NCBI GenBank assembly: GCA_017959905.1
Contig: JAGCZS010000005.1
Location: 22,676 to 86,675, forward strand
DNA length: 64,000 nucleotides
Direction: 5' to 3'
Source: Bacilli bacterium
GTDB lineage: Bacteria; Bacillota_I; Bacilli_A; RFN20; CAG-826
Both the position numbers and the translations under genes were made by a program. Below are positions 1 to 8,348 of the stretch, one piece after another. Position 1 is the stretch's first letter, and the number at the start of each line of letters is the position of its first letter. The notes under the pieces are model-generated. The model did not search any database and was not told the origin of the DNA. It worked only from the letters and a program-made list of their open reading frames with translations.

Positions 1-474
<474 letters not shown>

Positions 475-721
475 CTAAACAATTATGATACTATGCCTTA
501 TTTACACTTTATTCTATCTTTTTACTCATTAGATAAATAAATATAGAACTTTATACCTCTAATAATATCACATTGCTTAACATAATTTTAGGTTATTAAT
601 AATTTTCTTCGTATCTAAACAGTTTGTTTATATGCTTTTTAAATTATTTTGCATTATAAAATTATTTGTAAAATTTAAATCAGATATTACTTTTATTTTA
701 ATTACTAACAAATTGCAAATA

Positions 722-730
722 TGCTATAAT
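722..730 (+). promoter_or_regulatory. Candidate extended -10 element (TGCTATAAT) upstream of tRNA-Met
   Basis: TGnTATAAT match about 100 nt upstream of the tRNA at 829. No good -35 is present (TTACTA at 702-707). Motif only. Confidence 0.3.
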
Positions 731-828
731 TCTTTCCTGCTAGTTAAATGGAATATTATTAGTATAAATTAATCTTTAAAATTGTTTTTTTGTACTGGTT
801 TTATCATATTTAACACTATATAAATAAT

Positions 829-905
829 CGCGGAGTAGAGTAGCGGTATCTCGTCAGGCTCATAACCTGGAGAGCGTTGGGTTCGACTCCCAGCCTCCGC
901 AACCA
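829..905 (+). tRNA. tRNA-Met (anticodon CAT), probably the initiator type
   Basis: Cloverleaf folded by hand. Acceptor is CGCGGAG/CTCCGCA with a C1xA72 mismatch, a bacterial initiator hallmark. Anticodon loop is CTCATAA, the T-arm is GGGTTCGACTCCC, and CCA is encoded. Confidence 0.85.
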
Positions 906-1013
906 AACTGATAACATTTTGATAATAATATAACATTGTTGTTAAAATCATAAAGATACAGCCATTTATTACAACCTTATTTATCACGGATCTAATCACG
1001 CCCGAAGGCTATT

Positions 1014-1584
1014 TTATTCTTCCGTTATAATGGTAATAAGTTTACTATTGTTTACTGCACATCGTGCAAACATTTCATAACGATAATAAACTTTATTGAC
1101 GTAGCAACTCGGAATTATATCAAAGTGTGCATCTTTAAAATAAACTCCGATAGTAGGGTTATCGCCATTCAAGTAAGTAATTAAACCATAAACTTTTTTT
1201 AATCCTAATTTATCGTCGCCTAATGCTTCGCCGTCAGCAATTTCTTCTTTCGTAAAAATGAATTTATAGGTGTAGGTGTTAATAGGGTAATCGATGGTAT
1301 TAAAATAATCAACGTTAAAATTAGGAATAATGTCAAATAAAAAAATGTTCGTTAATGTCTATTTGATGGCAATAATTTCATGCCATTTAAATTGTAATCA
1401 CTTATGTTATCCATTACTTGAATGCTAAAAAGTTGTAACTCACGAATAAAATTTTGCCCGCTTGCTTTTTTCTGCTTTTTTTGTAGAAAAAAACTCATGA
1501 AAAACGATTTTAATTTTTCATTTCTTGTTTTAAAGTTTCATATTCTTTTTTGCCTATTTAAATAGTCTGATCATGATTGGACAT
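1014..1584 (-). pseudogene. Decayed gene of unknown function (multiple in-frame stops and frameshifts)
   Basis: AGGAGAT SD (1593-1599) followed by ATG at 1584. The frame reads MSNHDQTI*IGKKEYETLKQEMKN*NRFS*VFFYKKSRKKQAGKILFVSYNFLAFK*. After a frame change, a 114-codon open stretch with no start codon (1014..1358) reads ...DIIPNFNVDYFNTIDYPINTYTYKFIFTKEEIADGEALGDDKLGLKKVYGLITYLNGDNPTIGVYFKDAHFDIIPSCYVNKVYYRYEMFARCAVNNSKLITIITEE*. It looks protein-like but is not translatable as one ORF. Confidence 0.6.
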
Positions 1585-1933
1585 AATTTTTTATCTCCTA
1601 AATAAAATTTTATTAAATTTAAAACTTTTTTTTCTTCTTCGTTTTTTAAGTTAAACAAAACTTACAATGTTATGTATTGCACATAATAAATATTAGTTTA
1701 ATTATATAGAAACATTTTGTCATTTGCTCTAAATTATGTTTTTAAAAACATGCTCATCTTAAAGTGAGTTCAGTTAAATTTCCTGCCATGCGTTTTTCCT
1801 TTTTTAAAAACAATTAACAATTCAAAAAAATGTTTATTCTTAATTTTTTAGTCAACTAAAAAATTTACTAAAAGAAATTTATTTTAAATAATTAAGAAAT
1901 ATCTTTATTATTGTTTAAAAAAGGATAGGGGTT

Positions 1934-2248
1934 TTATTTAACTGCCCTAAATTCAAAAACATAATAAGCAATTATCATACAAACAATAAAAAAAATCATT
2001 ATGCTACTACAAAGATTAAATATTTTTGAAAAAAATAGATCATTTTTTATACGTTTGGATATTTCAAAAGATTCTTCTGGTATCTTTGTTTGATCTGAAA
2101 GAAAATTAAAATTATCGATAAAGGTTTTTTTTTCTTGAATAAATATTCTAAAAATAGATAAAATCGCAAATATTGCAATAATAAGATAAAAGAAACACAC
2201 TTCACTTAATAAATGCTTTTTTTTATTGTCGAAAACTATGAAACTCAT
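1934..2248 (-). CDS. Hypothetical small membrane protein (two predicted TM helices)
   Basis: 104-aa ORF with hydrophobic segments CFFYLIIAIFAILSIFRIFI and IMIFFIVCMIIAYYVF. No family recognised. It lies in the tRNA-flanked islet. Confidence 0.4.
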   Translation of the reverse strand: MSFIVFDNKKKHLLSEVCFFYLIIAIFAILSIFRIFIQEKKTFIDNFNFLSDQTKIPEESFEISKRIKNDLFFSKIFNLCSSIMIFFIVCMIIAYYVFEFRAVK

Positions 2249-2344
2249 CCTGTAAATTAATTATAATTTGATTATGTTATTTATTATGTTATTATATGTT
2301 ATTTTCTTGTTTCAAACAACAAAATTAACTATAAATTTAAATCT

Positions 2345-2419
2345 AGGAGCATAGTATAACGGCTAGTACTGCGGTCTCCAAAACCGTTAATATCGGTTCG
2401 AATCCGATTGCTCCTGCCA
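2345..2419 (+). tRNA. tRNA-Trp (anticodon CCA)
   Basis: Acceptor AGGAGCA/TGCTCCT, anticodon stem-loop GCGGT-CTCCAAA-ACCGT, T-arm ATCGGTTCGAATCCGAT, discriminator G, CCA encoded. Confidence 0.9.
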
Positions 2420-2447
2420 ATCTTAATTTAGTGTTTGACTTTTTTTT

Positions 2448-2521
2448 TAGGATATGGCCAAGCGGTAAGGCATAGAGCTCTGGACTCTAGATCATTGGTT
2501 CGAATCCAATTATCCTAACCA
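2448..2521 (+). tRNA. tRNA-Gln (anticodon CTG)
   Basis: Acceptor TAGGATA/TATCCTA (U1-A72). The D-arm GCCAAGCGGTAAGGCA is typical of Firmicute tRNA-Gln. Anticodon stem-loop is TAGAG-CTCTGGA-CTCTA, T-arm is ATTGGTTCGAATCCAAT, and CCA is encoded. Confidence 0.85.
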
Positions 2522-2573
2522 TATTTTGCAACACATCGTGTTATATATCGTCACATTAATTATCAAAAAATTG

Positions 2574-2660
2574 TGGCGGAGACGCAGGGACTCGAACCCT
2601 GACGGGAATAATTCCCACTAATTTTCGAAATTAGTACGTTACCATTCCGAACACGTCTCC
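2574..2660 (-). tRNA. tRNA-Ser (anticodon CGA), long variable arm
   Basis: The reverse complement is GGAGACGTGTTCGGAATGGTAACGTACTAATTTCGAAAATTAGTGGGAATTATTCCCGTCAGGGTTCGAGTCCCTGCGTCTCCGCCA. Anticodon loop is TTCGAAA. The extra arm is GGGAATTATTCCC. Confidence 0.9.
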
Positions 2661-2771
2661 AGTAAAGTTAAATAAGATTTTACTTTAAAACTATAGCCAA
2701 TTAACTGAAAATCTTATTTTTATAAATAGGAAATTATTATAAAATATTTTATAACAACTGTAAATTAAAGT

Positions 2772-4391
2772 ATGTATACATATAAAACAGCTATTTGCAT
2801 CGGCGTATCATTAGCGATACTTTTAATAAGACTCGTTTTATTACAGCTAATTAAAATCGTTGAAAAAAAACAAAAACAATACAATCACAATATATTTAAC
2901 TTTTTTTACATAAACATTGAAATACCAGATTTTTTTTCAAATAGCGAATTAAACATCAAAAACATAGAAAATATTTTTTGCACTATTTTTGAAAATAACA
3001 AACCAATAAAAAAAGAAAAAATGACCTTTGACGTTTTTTGCCAAAAATTTTATTTTCACAAAAAATTAAAACTTGTTTTCTTTACATTTTTACAACAAGA
3101 ACAAAAATATTTTTTTCACGCTTTTAACGAACAAAAAAAAAGAAAAAGTTTTTTTATTGAAAAAGTTTATAATCACGAAAATAAAAGTATTCTTTTAAAA
3201 TTTTATTCTTTTAAAAATAAAAGTATAAACATATACGATAAGGTAGATGAGCAAAAAATAAAAAATATATTTTCCAAAATAAAAATATTTGCAAAAATAG
3301 ATTTTTATGCAAACGAAAATTTAAAAGATTATTTTAATTTGTTTAAAGAAAATGTTTATGAAGTTGTAAATAACAAAAAAATATATTTCATGTCACCGAA
3401 TAAAAAAGAAAATGAAAATAGTTTTTCTATTTTTATTTTTGATTTAGAAAATAGTAACATACAAAAAACAAAAATATTATTAAAAAAAATTGCTGAGCTT
3501 TTTCAAAAATTTTTAAATCATATCAACTATTTAGAAGATTTTGATGTTTATAGTTGTTTAATTAAAAAAAATAAAAAAGACATAAACGAAAACAATTGGA
3601 AAAATAAAATAAATTCTTTAATAAAATACAGCTTTAACCAAAAAATAGCCATTCTTGACCAAACGCTGGCGGATAATATAGAAAAAAATAACAAAGAAAT
3701 TGAAAAATGTACCTTTGATTTTACTGATATATATGATGTCGAAAGAGAGAAAAACCTTGGCTATTTGGTAAAAATCTGCAATAACATATGGAATTACGAT
3801 TTACTAAAATTTAATTTTTTAACAATTAAAAGTACTATTCAGCGACTAATGCAGGAATTTAATTGCGATAGTAAAAATATTACTACTACAAATAATGCAA
3901 ACAAAAATACTAATTTATTTTTAAAAGTTGATATTTTATCAATATACAACAACGAAAACATAATTACAAAACTGCAAAGTATTTGCGAAACGTTCAAAAT
4001 AACCATTTTCCTGTGCTTTGAAATGAATAAATTATTCAAATCGCAAATCACTAAAAAAACAATTCTTGCTGATCAAATAGAAAAAATGAAAAAACAAAAT
4101 AATAAAATAAAATTTTGTTTATATTTAAAAGAAGATCAACTATTTATTGATGATGATACAAGCGAAATATTTGATTGCTTTATAATTTATTTATTGAATT
4201 TTTCTTATTTTAAAGTAATTTTTGAAAAATTGCTAAAATACCACAAAATAATTATTTTAGAGAATATTAATGGCATAGAAAAGATCAAAAAACTAATAAG
4301 AAAGGGTATTGGATATATTGCAAATAATAAATTAAAAACAAAAGTAAATTATATAAAAAAAATAAAAGAAGAAATCAGAAATGCACTTTAA
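2772..4391 (+). CDS. Hypothetical membrane-anchored protein, 539 aa, extremely Lys/Asn/Ile/Phe-rich
   Basis: Long uninterrupted ORF with an N-terminal TM helix (AICIGVSLAILLIRLVLLQLI). Its 3' end overlaps the proS start by 11 nt, implying co-transcription. No family assigned with confidence; see the finding on a possible degenerate GGDEF-EAL. Confidence 0.6.
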   Translation: MYTYKTAICIGVSLAILLIRLVLLQLIKIVEKKQKQYNHNIFNFFYINIEIPDFFSNSELNIKNIENIFCTIFENNKPIKKEKMTFDVFCQKFYFHKKLKLVFFTFLQQEQKYFFHAFNEQKKRKSFFIEKVYNHENKSILLKFYSFKNKSINIYDKVDEQKIKNIFSKIKIFAKIDFYANENLKDYFNLFKENVYEVVNNKKIYFMSPNKKENENSFSIFIFDLENSNIQKTKILLKKIAELFQKFLNHINYLEDFDVYSCLIKKNKKDINENNWKNKINSLIKYSFNQKIAILDQTLADNIEKNNKEIEKCTFDFTDIYDVEREKNLGYLVKICNNIWNYDLLKFNFLTIKSTIQRLMQEFNCDSKNITTTNNANKNTNLFLKVDILSIYNNENIITKLQSICETFKITIFLCFEMNKLFKSQITKKTILADQIEKMKKQNNKIKFCLYLKEDQLFIDDDTSEIFDCFIIYLLNFSYFKVIFEKLLKYHKIIILENINGIEKIKKLIRKGIGYIANNKLKTKVNYIKKIKEEIRNAL

Positions 4392-5805
4392 AAACAAAAG
4401 TATTACTAGCCGAAATGAAGATATTTCTAAGTGGTATACAGACATATGCCTAAAAACTGGCTTAATAAACTATAGTTCTGTAAAAGGTTTTATTGTTTAT
4501 AATCCATATAGTTTTGAAATATGGGAAAAAATTAAAGCGTACCTTAACAGAAAATTAAAAGAAAACAATCATGAAAATATTTATATGCCGCTTGTAATAC
4601 CAGAAACATTATTTAACAAAGAAAAAGAACATGTAAGCGGTTTTGCTCCAGAAACTTTGATAGCGACAATAGGCGGTAATAAATCGTTAAATGAAAAATT
4701 AATTATACGGCCAACTAGTGAAGCTTTATTTTCTGATTTTTATTCAAAAATAATTGTAAATTACCGCGATTTACCGAAATTATATAACCAATGGTGTTCA
4801 GTCGTCAGATGGGAAAAAACTACTAGACCATTTTTAAGAGGAAATGAATTTTTATGGCAAGAGGGTCATACAATCCACGGTAGCGAAAAGGAAGCAAAAA
4901 AAGAAACGACAGATATTTTAAATATTTATGATAATTTAGGAAAAGAATTATTAGCAATCCCATTTATAATAGGCAAAAAAAGCGAAAAAGAAAAATTTGC
5001 TGGCGCAATCGAAACATTTACATTAGAAACAGTAATGCCAGACGGAAAATTTTTACAATGCGGAACCAGTCATTACTTTGGACAAAATTTTGCCAAAGTA
5101 TTTAATATTAATTTTCTTGATAAGGATAACCAAAGAAAAATACCTTTTCAAACTAGTTGGGGAATATCGACGAGATTAATCGGCGCTCTAATAATGGTTC
5201 ATAGCGACGATAATGGATTAATATTACCGCCAAAAATTGCCCCAATTCAAGCAATTATTATACCAATACAAAATAATCAAAAAATATTGTTAAAAGCTGA
5301 AAAATATGAAAAAATACTGAAAAAAATAAATGTTGCCGCAAAAATTGATCAAAGCAACCACAATCCTGGTTGGAAATTTGCCGAATGGGAAATGAAAGGT
5401 GTTCCTATTATGATTGTTCTTGGCGAAAAAGAATTAAAACAAAAAAAAATTTTGATTATAAAACGTGTCGATAATAAAAAAATAATCATTGAAGAAAATG
5501 ATTTAAAAAAACAAATTCCTCTTATATTTGAAAATATTCATACTGACATGCTTAAAAAAGCTGAAATGCAATTACACGAAAAAAAAATAGTCGTTGAAAC
5601 AGCCGAAGATTTTGTTAAAACTATTAATAACAACAAATATGTTTTAACATATTGGTGCGGCAATGAAAAATGTGAGGAATACGCGAAAAATATCAACGTT
5701 TCATTAAGGTGCATTCTTTTTGATGACAAAAAAATAAAAAATAAAGTTTGTTTTTGCTGTAAAAAAGAAGCAAAACATTCTGTAATTTTTGCTAAATCTT
5801 ATTAA
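4381..5805 (+). CDS. proS: Prolyl-tRNA synthetase (short archaeal/eukaryote-like type without an INS editing domain)
   Basis: 474 aa. Motifs: WYTDICLKTGLINYSSVKGFIVYNPYSFEIWEKIK, IRPTSE, RPFLRGNEFLWQEGHT, SWGISTRLIGALIMVHSDDNGLILPP. The Cys-rich C-terminal domain ends ...FAKSY. Confidence 0.9.
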   Translation: MHFKNKSITSRNEDISKWYTDICLKTGLINYSSVKGFIVYNPYSFEIWEKIKAYLNRKLKENNHENIYMPLVIPETLFNKEKEHVSGFAPETLIATIGGNKSLNEKLIIRPTSEALFSDFYSKIIVNYRDLPKLYNQWCSVVRWEKTTRPFLRGNEFLWQEGHTIHGSEKEAKKETTDILNIYDNLGKELLAIPFIIGKKSEKEKFAGAIETFTLETVMPDGKFLQCGTSHYFGQNFAKVFNINFLDKDNQRKIPFQTSWGISTRLIGALIMVHSDDNGLILPPKIAPIQAIIIPIQNNQKILLKAEKYEKILKKINVAAKIDQSNHNPGWKFAEWEMKGVPIMIVLGEKELKQKKILIIKRVDNKKIIIEENDLKKQIPLIFENIHTDMLKKAEMQLHEKKIVVETAEDFVKTINNNKYVLTYWCGNEKCEEYAKNINVSLRCILFDDKKIKNKVCFCCKKEAKHSVIFAKSY

Positions 5806-5839
5806 TTAATAAAGAGTTTTGATAAAATAAAAGATAATT

Positions 5840-5928
5840 AGAGTGGTGCTCGAGCGGCTTAAGAGAGGAATCTGCTAAATTTCCAGGCGTAAAAAGCCTC
5901 GAGGGTTCGAATCCCTTCCACTCTGCCA
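5840..5928 (+). tRNA. tRNA-Ser (anticodon GCT), long variable arm
   Basis: Acceptor AGAGTGG/CCACTCT, anticodon loop CTGCTAA, extra arm GGCGTAAAAAGCC, T-arm GAGGGTTCGAATCCCTT, CCA encoded. Followed by a T-run. Confidence 0.9.
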
Positions 5929-5957
5929 TTTTTTTAAAATTAATTATTTTGAAAAAA

Positions 5958-6725
5958 TTAATGTTTAACAGCTTTTTTTATTGCTTGTTTTTCCCAACTG
6001 GAAATCTTATTTTTATGTTCTTTTAATTCTTTTAACAAACAAATGTCATCTGGCGCCAGTTTTACTTTTGAAAATAAATCTGGCCGATATTTTTTTGTAA
6101 TTCGCAATTGTTCTTTACGATGATATTTATCAATTATCTTTTGATTACCACAATAAAGAATTTTTGGTACTTTTAACCCATTAAAATTATACGGTTTTGT
6201 ATACTGAGGATATTCTAATAAATTATCATTAAAAGATTCGTTAATTAACGATTTTTTATTAATTACACCATTAATTAAGCGCACAATAGAATCGATTATT
6301 ATCATTGCGGCAACTTCACCGCCAGTTAAAATAAAATCTCCGGCAGACAATATTGAATCAACATATTTATTAATACGTTCATCTACCCCTTCATAATGAC
6401 CACAAATAATAGAAATATTTTTCTTTTTTGACAGTTTTCGCGCTTCTTTTTGATTAAAAATTTTTCCACGCGGAGAAAGCAAAATTTTATATGAATCAAA
6501 ACATGTAGTTTTTATTGCGTCATAAATCGGCTGACATTGCATTATCATACCAGCACCTCCAGAAACTGGCGAATCATCAACTTTTTTGTGTTTATCTGTA
6601 GAAAAATCTCTTATATTAACAAGATTAATCTTTATTTTTTCTTTCTTTAAAGCTCTATTGATAATTGAAACGTTTAAAAAACTATGAAATATTTCTGGAA
6701 ATAACGTTAATATTGTTATTTTCAT
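5958..6725 (-). CDS. trmD: tRNA (guanine37-N1)-methyltransferase
   Basis: MKITILTLFPEIF..., DDSPVSGGAGMIM, ICGHYEGVDERI and SAGDFILTGGE are classic TrmD SPOUT-knot motifs. Confidence 0.93.
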   Translation of the reverse strand: MKITILTLFPEIFHSFLNVSIINRALKKEKIKINLVNIRDFSTDKHKKVDDSPVSGGAGMIMQCQPIYDAIKTTCFDSYKILLSPRGKIFNQKEARKLSKKKNISIICGHYEGVDERINKYVDSILSAGDFILTGGEVAAMIIIDSIVRLINGVINKKSLINESFNDNLLEYPQYTKPYNFNGLKVPKILYCGNQKIIDKYHRKEQLRITKKYRPDLFSKVKLAPDDICLLKELKEHKNKISSWEKQAIKKAVKH

Positions 6726-6733
6726 TAATATTT

Positions 6734-7003
6734 TTATTTTGTTTCGATTTTATTCCTTTCGATAAAATGAACGTGTATAAATTTTTCGTTATCTTTTCCT
6801 AAAACACCCATTATTTCGCGTAATGAATTAGCTACACGCCCTTCTTTGCCTATCAATCTGGCAATATCATCATTATCGGCTGAAATATCAATATTAACGT
6901 TTTTTTCTTCTTCTTTAACAGAAATGCCAATATTATCAGGATTATTTGAAATATCATCAACAAAAGTATGTATTATGCTTTTGTAATCAATATTATTACT
7001 CAT
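6734..7003 (-). CDS. khpA: KH-domain RNA-binding protein (YlqC/KhpA family)
   Basis: 89 aa with the KH GxxG loop in ARLIGKEGRVANSLREIM. It holds the conserved position between rpsP and trmD. Confidence 0.8.
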   Translation of the reverse strand: MSNNIDYKSIIHTFVDDISNNPDNIGISVKEEEKNVNIDISADNDDIARLIGKEGRVANSLREIMGVLGKDNEKFIHVHFIERNKIETK

Positions 7004-7006
7004 CTT

Positions 7007-7276
7007 TTATTTCCTATTTTCTATATTTGTTTTTGTTTTTACGTTTACTTTATTAAATTCCTTTACTAAACTTCGAACAGTATCGGACATTTTAGCGCCA
7101 TATTTAAGCCATTTATCTAATTTTTCTTGATTAACAAAAATTTCATCATTTTTTGGCTTGAAGAAACCAACTTTTTCTAAATATTTTCCACAATTAGCGC
7201 GTCTAGAGTCAGTAACAACTATACGGTACATCGGATCTCGATGCCTCCCCCTTAACATCAGTCTTATTTTAACCAT
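7007..7276 (-). CDS. rpsP: 30S ribosomal protein S16
   Basis: The track ORF extends to 7390, but the S16 homology starts at MVKIRLMLRGRHRDPMYRIVVTDSRR (ATG at 7276). The upstream extension overlaps the tRNA at 7341..7414, so I trimmed it. Confidence 0.9.
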   Translation of the reverse strand: MVKIRLMLRGRHRDPMYRIVVTDSRRANCGKYLEKVGFFKPKNDEIFVNQEKLDKWLKYGAKMSDTVRSLVKEFNKVNVKTKTNIENRK

Positions 7277-7340
7277 AATGCTTAAAATTATAAAAAAAGA
7301 TATTAATAAAGTCAAATTTTTTATAAAATTAAATGCAATC

Positions 7341-7414
7341 GGGATTATAGTTAAATGGCATAACGTATCGTTCGCAACGATAAATTGCAAGTTCGATTCT
7401 TGCTAGTTCCACCA
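7341..7414 (+). tRNA. tRNA-Ala (anticodon CGC as folded by hand)
   Basis: Acceptor GGGATTA/TAGTTCC contains the G3:U70 alanine identity pair. Anticodon stem-loop is TATCG-TTCGCAA-CGATA, T-arm is GCAAGTTCGATTCTTGC, and CCA is encoded. The anticodon call should be confirmed with tRNAscan-SE. Confidence 0.75.
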
Positions 7415-7437
7415 TAATTTGTATTTATAAAACCTAG

Positions 7438-7665
7438 TTATATTGGTATTTTTAATTTTCGTACACTTTTTGAAAAGAGAAAAACTACATAAATAATTAA
7501 TATTCCAAAAACAAAATACCAAAAAATATCTTTTTCTTCTTCGCTGTCTTTAATTTTTTTTTCTAAATCAATCTTTTTTTGATCATAAGAACATATATCT
7601 CGATATTTAGAATATAAAAAAATACTTACAAATACTAAGCAAAGAATTAAAATTTTTTTCATCAT
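7438..7665 (-). CDS. Hypothetical small membrane protein (two TM helices)
   Basis: 75 aa. Hydrophobic segments ILILCLVFVSIFLY and FWYFVFGILIIYVVFLF flank an acidic/basic linker. The start of this ORF (7665) overlaps the stop of upstream rnc (7662-7664) by 4 nt, which suggests translational coupling. Confidence 0.45.
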   Translation of the reverse strand: MMKKILILCLVFVSIFLYSKYRDICSYDQKKIDLEKKIKDSEEEKDIFWYFVFGILIIYVVFLFSKSVRKLKIPI

Positions 7666-8348
7666 ATTTGAGATTTTAATATTTTAAAATAAGCTGTTTT
7701 AGCTGCTTTTTGTTCAGCATCTTTTTTATTCGTAGATATGCCATATGATAATAAAATATTATTGCAAAATAATCCGACTTTGAATTGTATTTTGTTATTT
7801 TCTGTGTTTTTACTGCTTATTAAAACGTACTCTATATGATTATATTTATTTTGCAATTTTTCCTGCAAACGAGTTTTAAAATCGATGCTTTTTTCGTAAT
7901 TAAAATTAATAATAAAATTTTTAAAAATTTTTTCTATTATTTTAACAGTTTCTTCATAAGAATTATCTAAATAAAAAGCTCCTATAAAAGATTCAAAAAC
8001 ATCTGCTAAAACATTTTGCGACTCTATCGCTTCCTTTGTTTTAGCAATTATACATTTTTGAAAATCGTATTTTAATGATAATTCGCTTAAAAATTTTGTA
8101 TTAACTAAAAATATTTTTAAATGAGTTAATTGACCTTCATCGAAGCCGGGTTTCAATTTATACGCTAGTACAGAAATAATAGAACCTAAAATACTATCGC
8201 CAATAAATTCTAATTTTTGATAATTATGATTTTCGTCTTTATTCATGCTTTGGTGCGTAAAAGCCATATTATACAATTGAAAATTATGTACTTTAATATC
8301 TAGTTTGTTTAGCGTTTCTAATATTATTTGTTTACTATTTTTTTTCAT
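7662..8348 (-). CDS. rnc: Ribonuclease III
   Basis: RNase III signature QKLEFIGDSILG, a second acidic motif ADVFESFIGA, and a C-terminal dsRBD (...KKDAEQKAAKTAY). Confidence 0.92.
   Translation of the reverse strand: MKKNSKQIILETLNKLDIKVHNFQLYNMAFTHQSMNKDENHNYQKLEFIGDSILGSIISVLAYKLKPGFDEGQLTHLKIFLVNTKFLSELSLKYDFQKCIIAKTKEAIESQNVLADVFESFIGAFYLDNSYEETVKIIEKIFKNFIINFNYEKSIDFKTRLQEKLQNKYNHIEYVLISSKNTENNKIQFKVGLFCNNILLSYGISTNKKDAEQKAAKTAYFKILKSQI

Noticed and set aside
769-999. 76-aa minus-strand track ORF
   Set aside because: It runs straight through tRNA-Met (829..905) on the opposite strand. Its middle (AEAGSRTQRSPGYEPDEIPLLYS) is simply the translated tRNA complement.
1000-1025. GCC-CGAA-GGC hairpin followed by TATTTTATTCTT as a rho-independent terminator after tRNA-Met
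   Set aside because: The stem is only 3 bp, which is too weak to call. It also coincides with the stop-codon region of the pseudogene on the other strand.
7277-7390. N-terminal 38-codon extension of the rpsP track ORF (and the antisense ORF 7158..7406)
   Set aside because: S16 homology starts at MVKIRL (ATG at 7276). The extension is hydrophobic filler and overlaps tRNA-Ala at 7341..7414.
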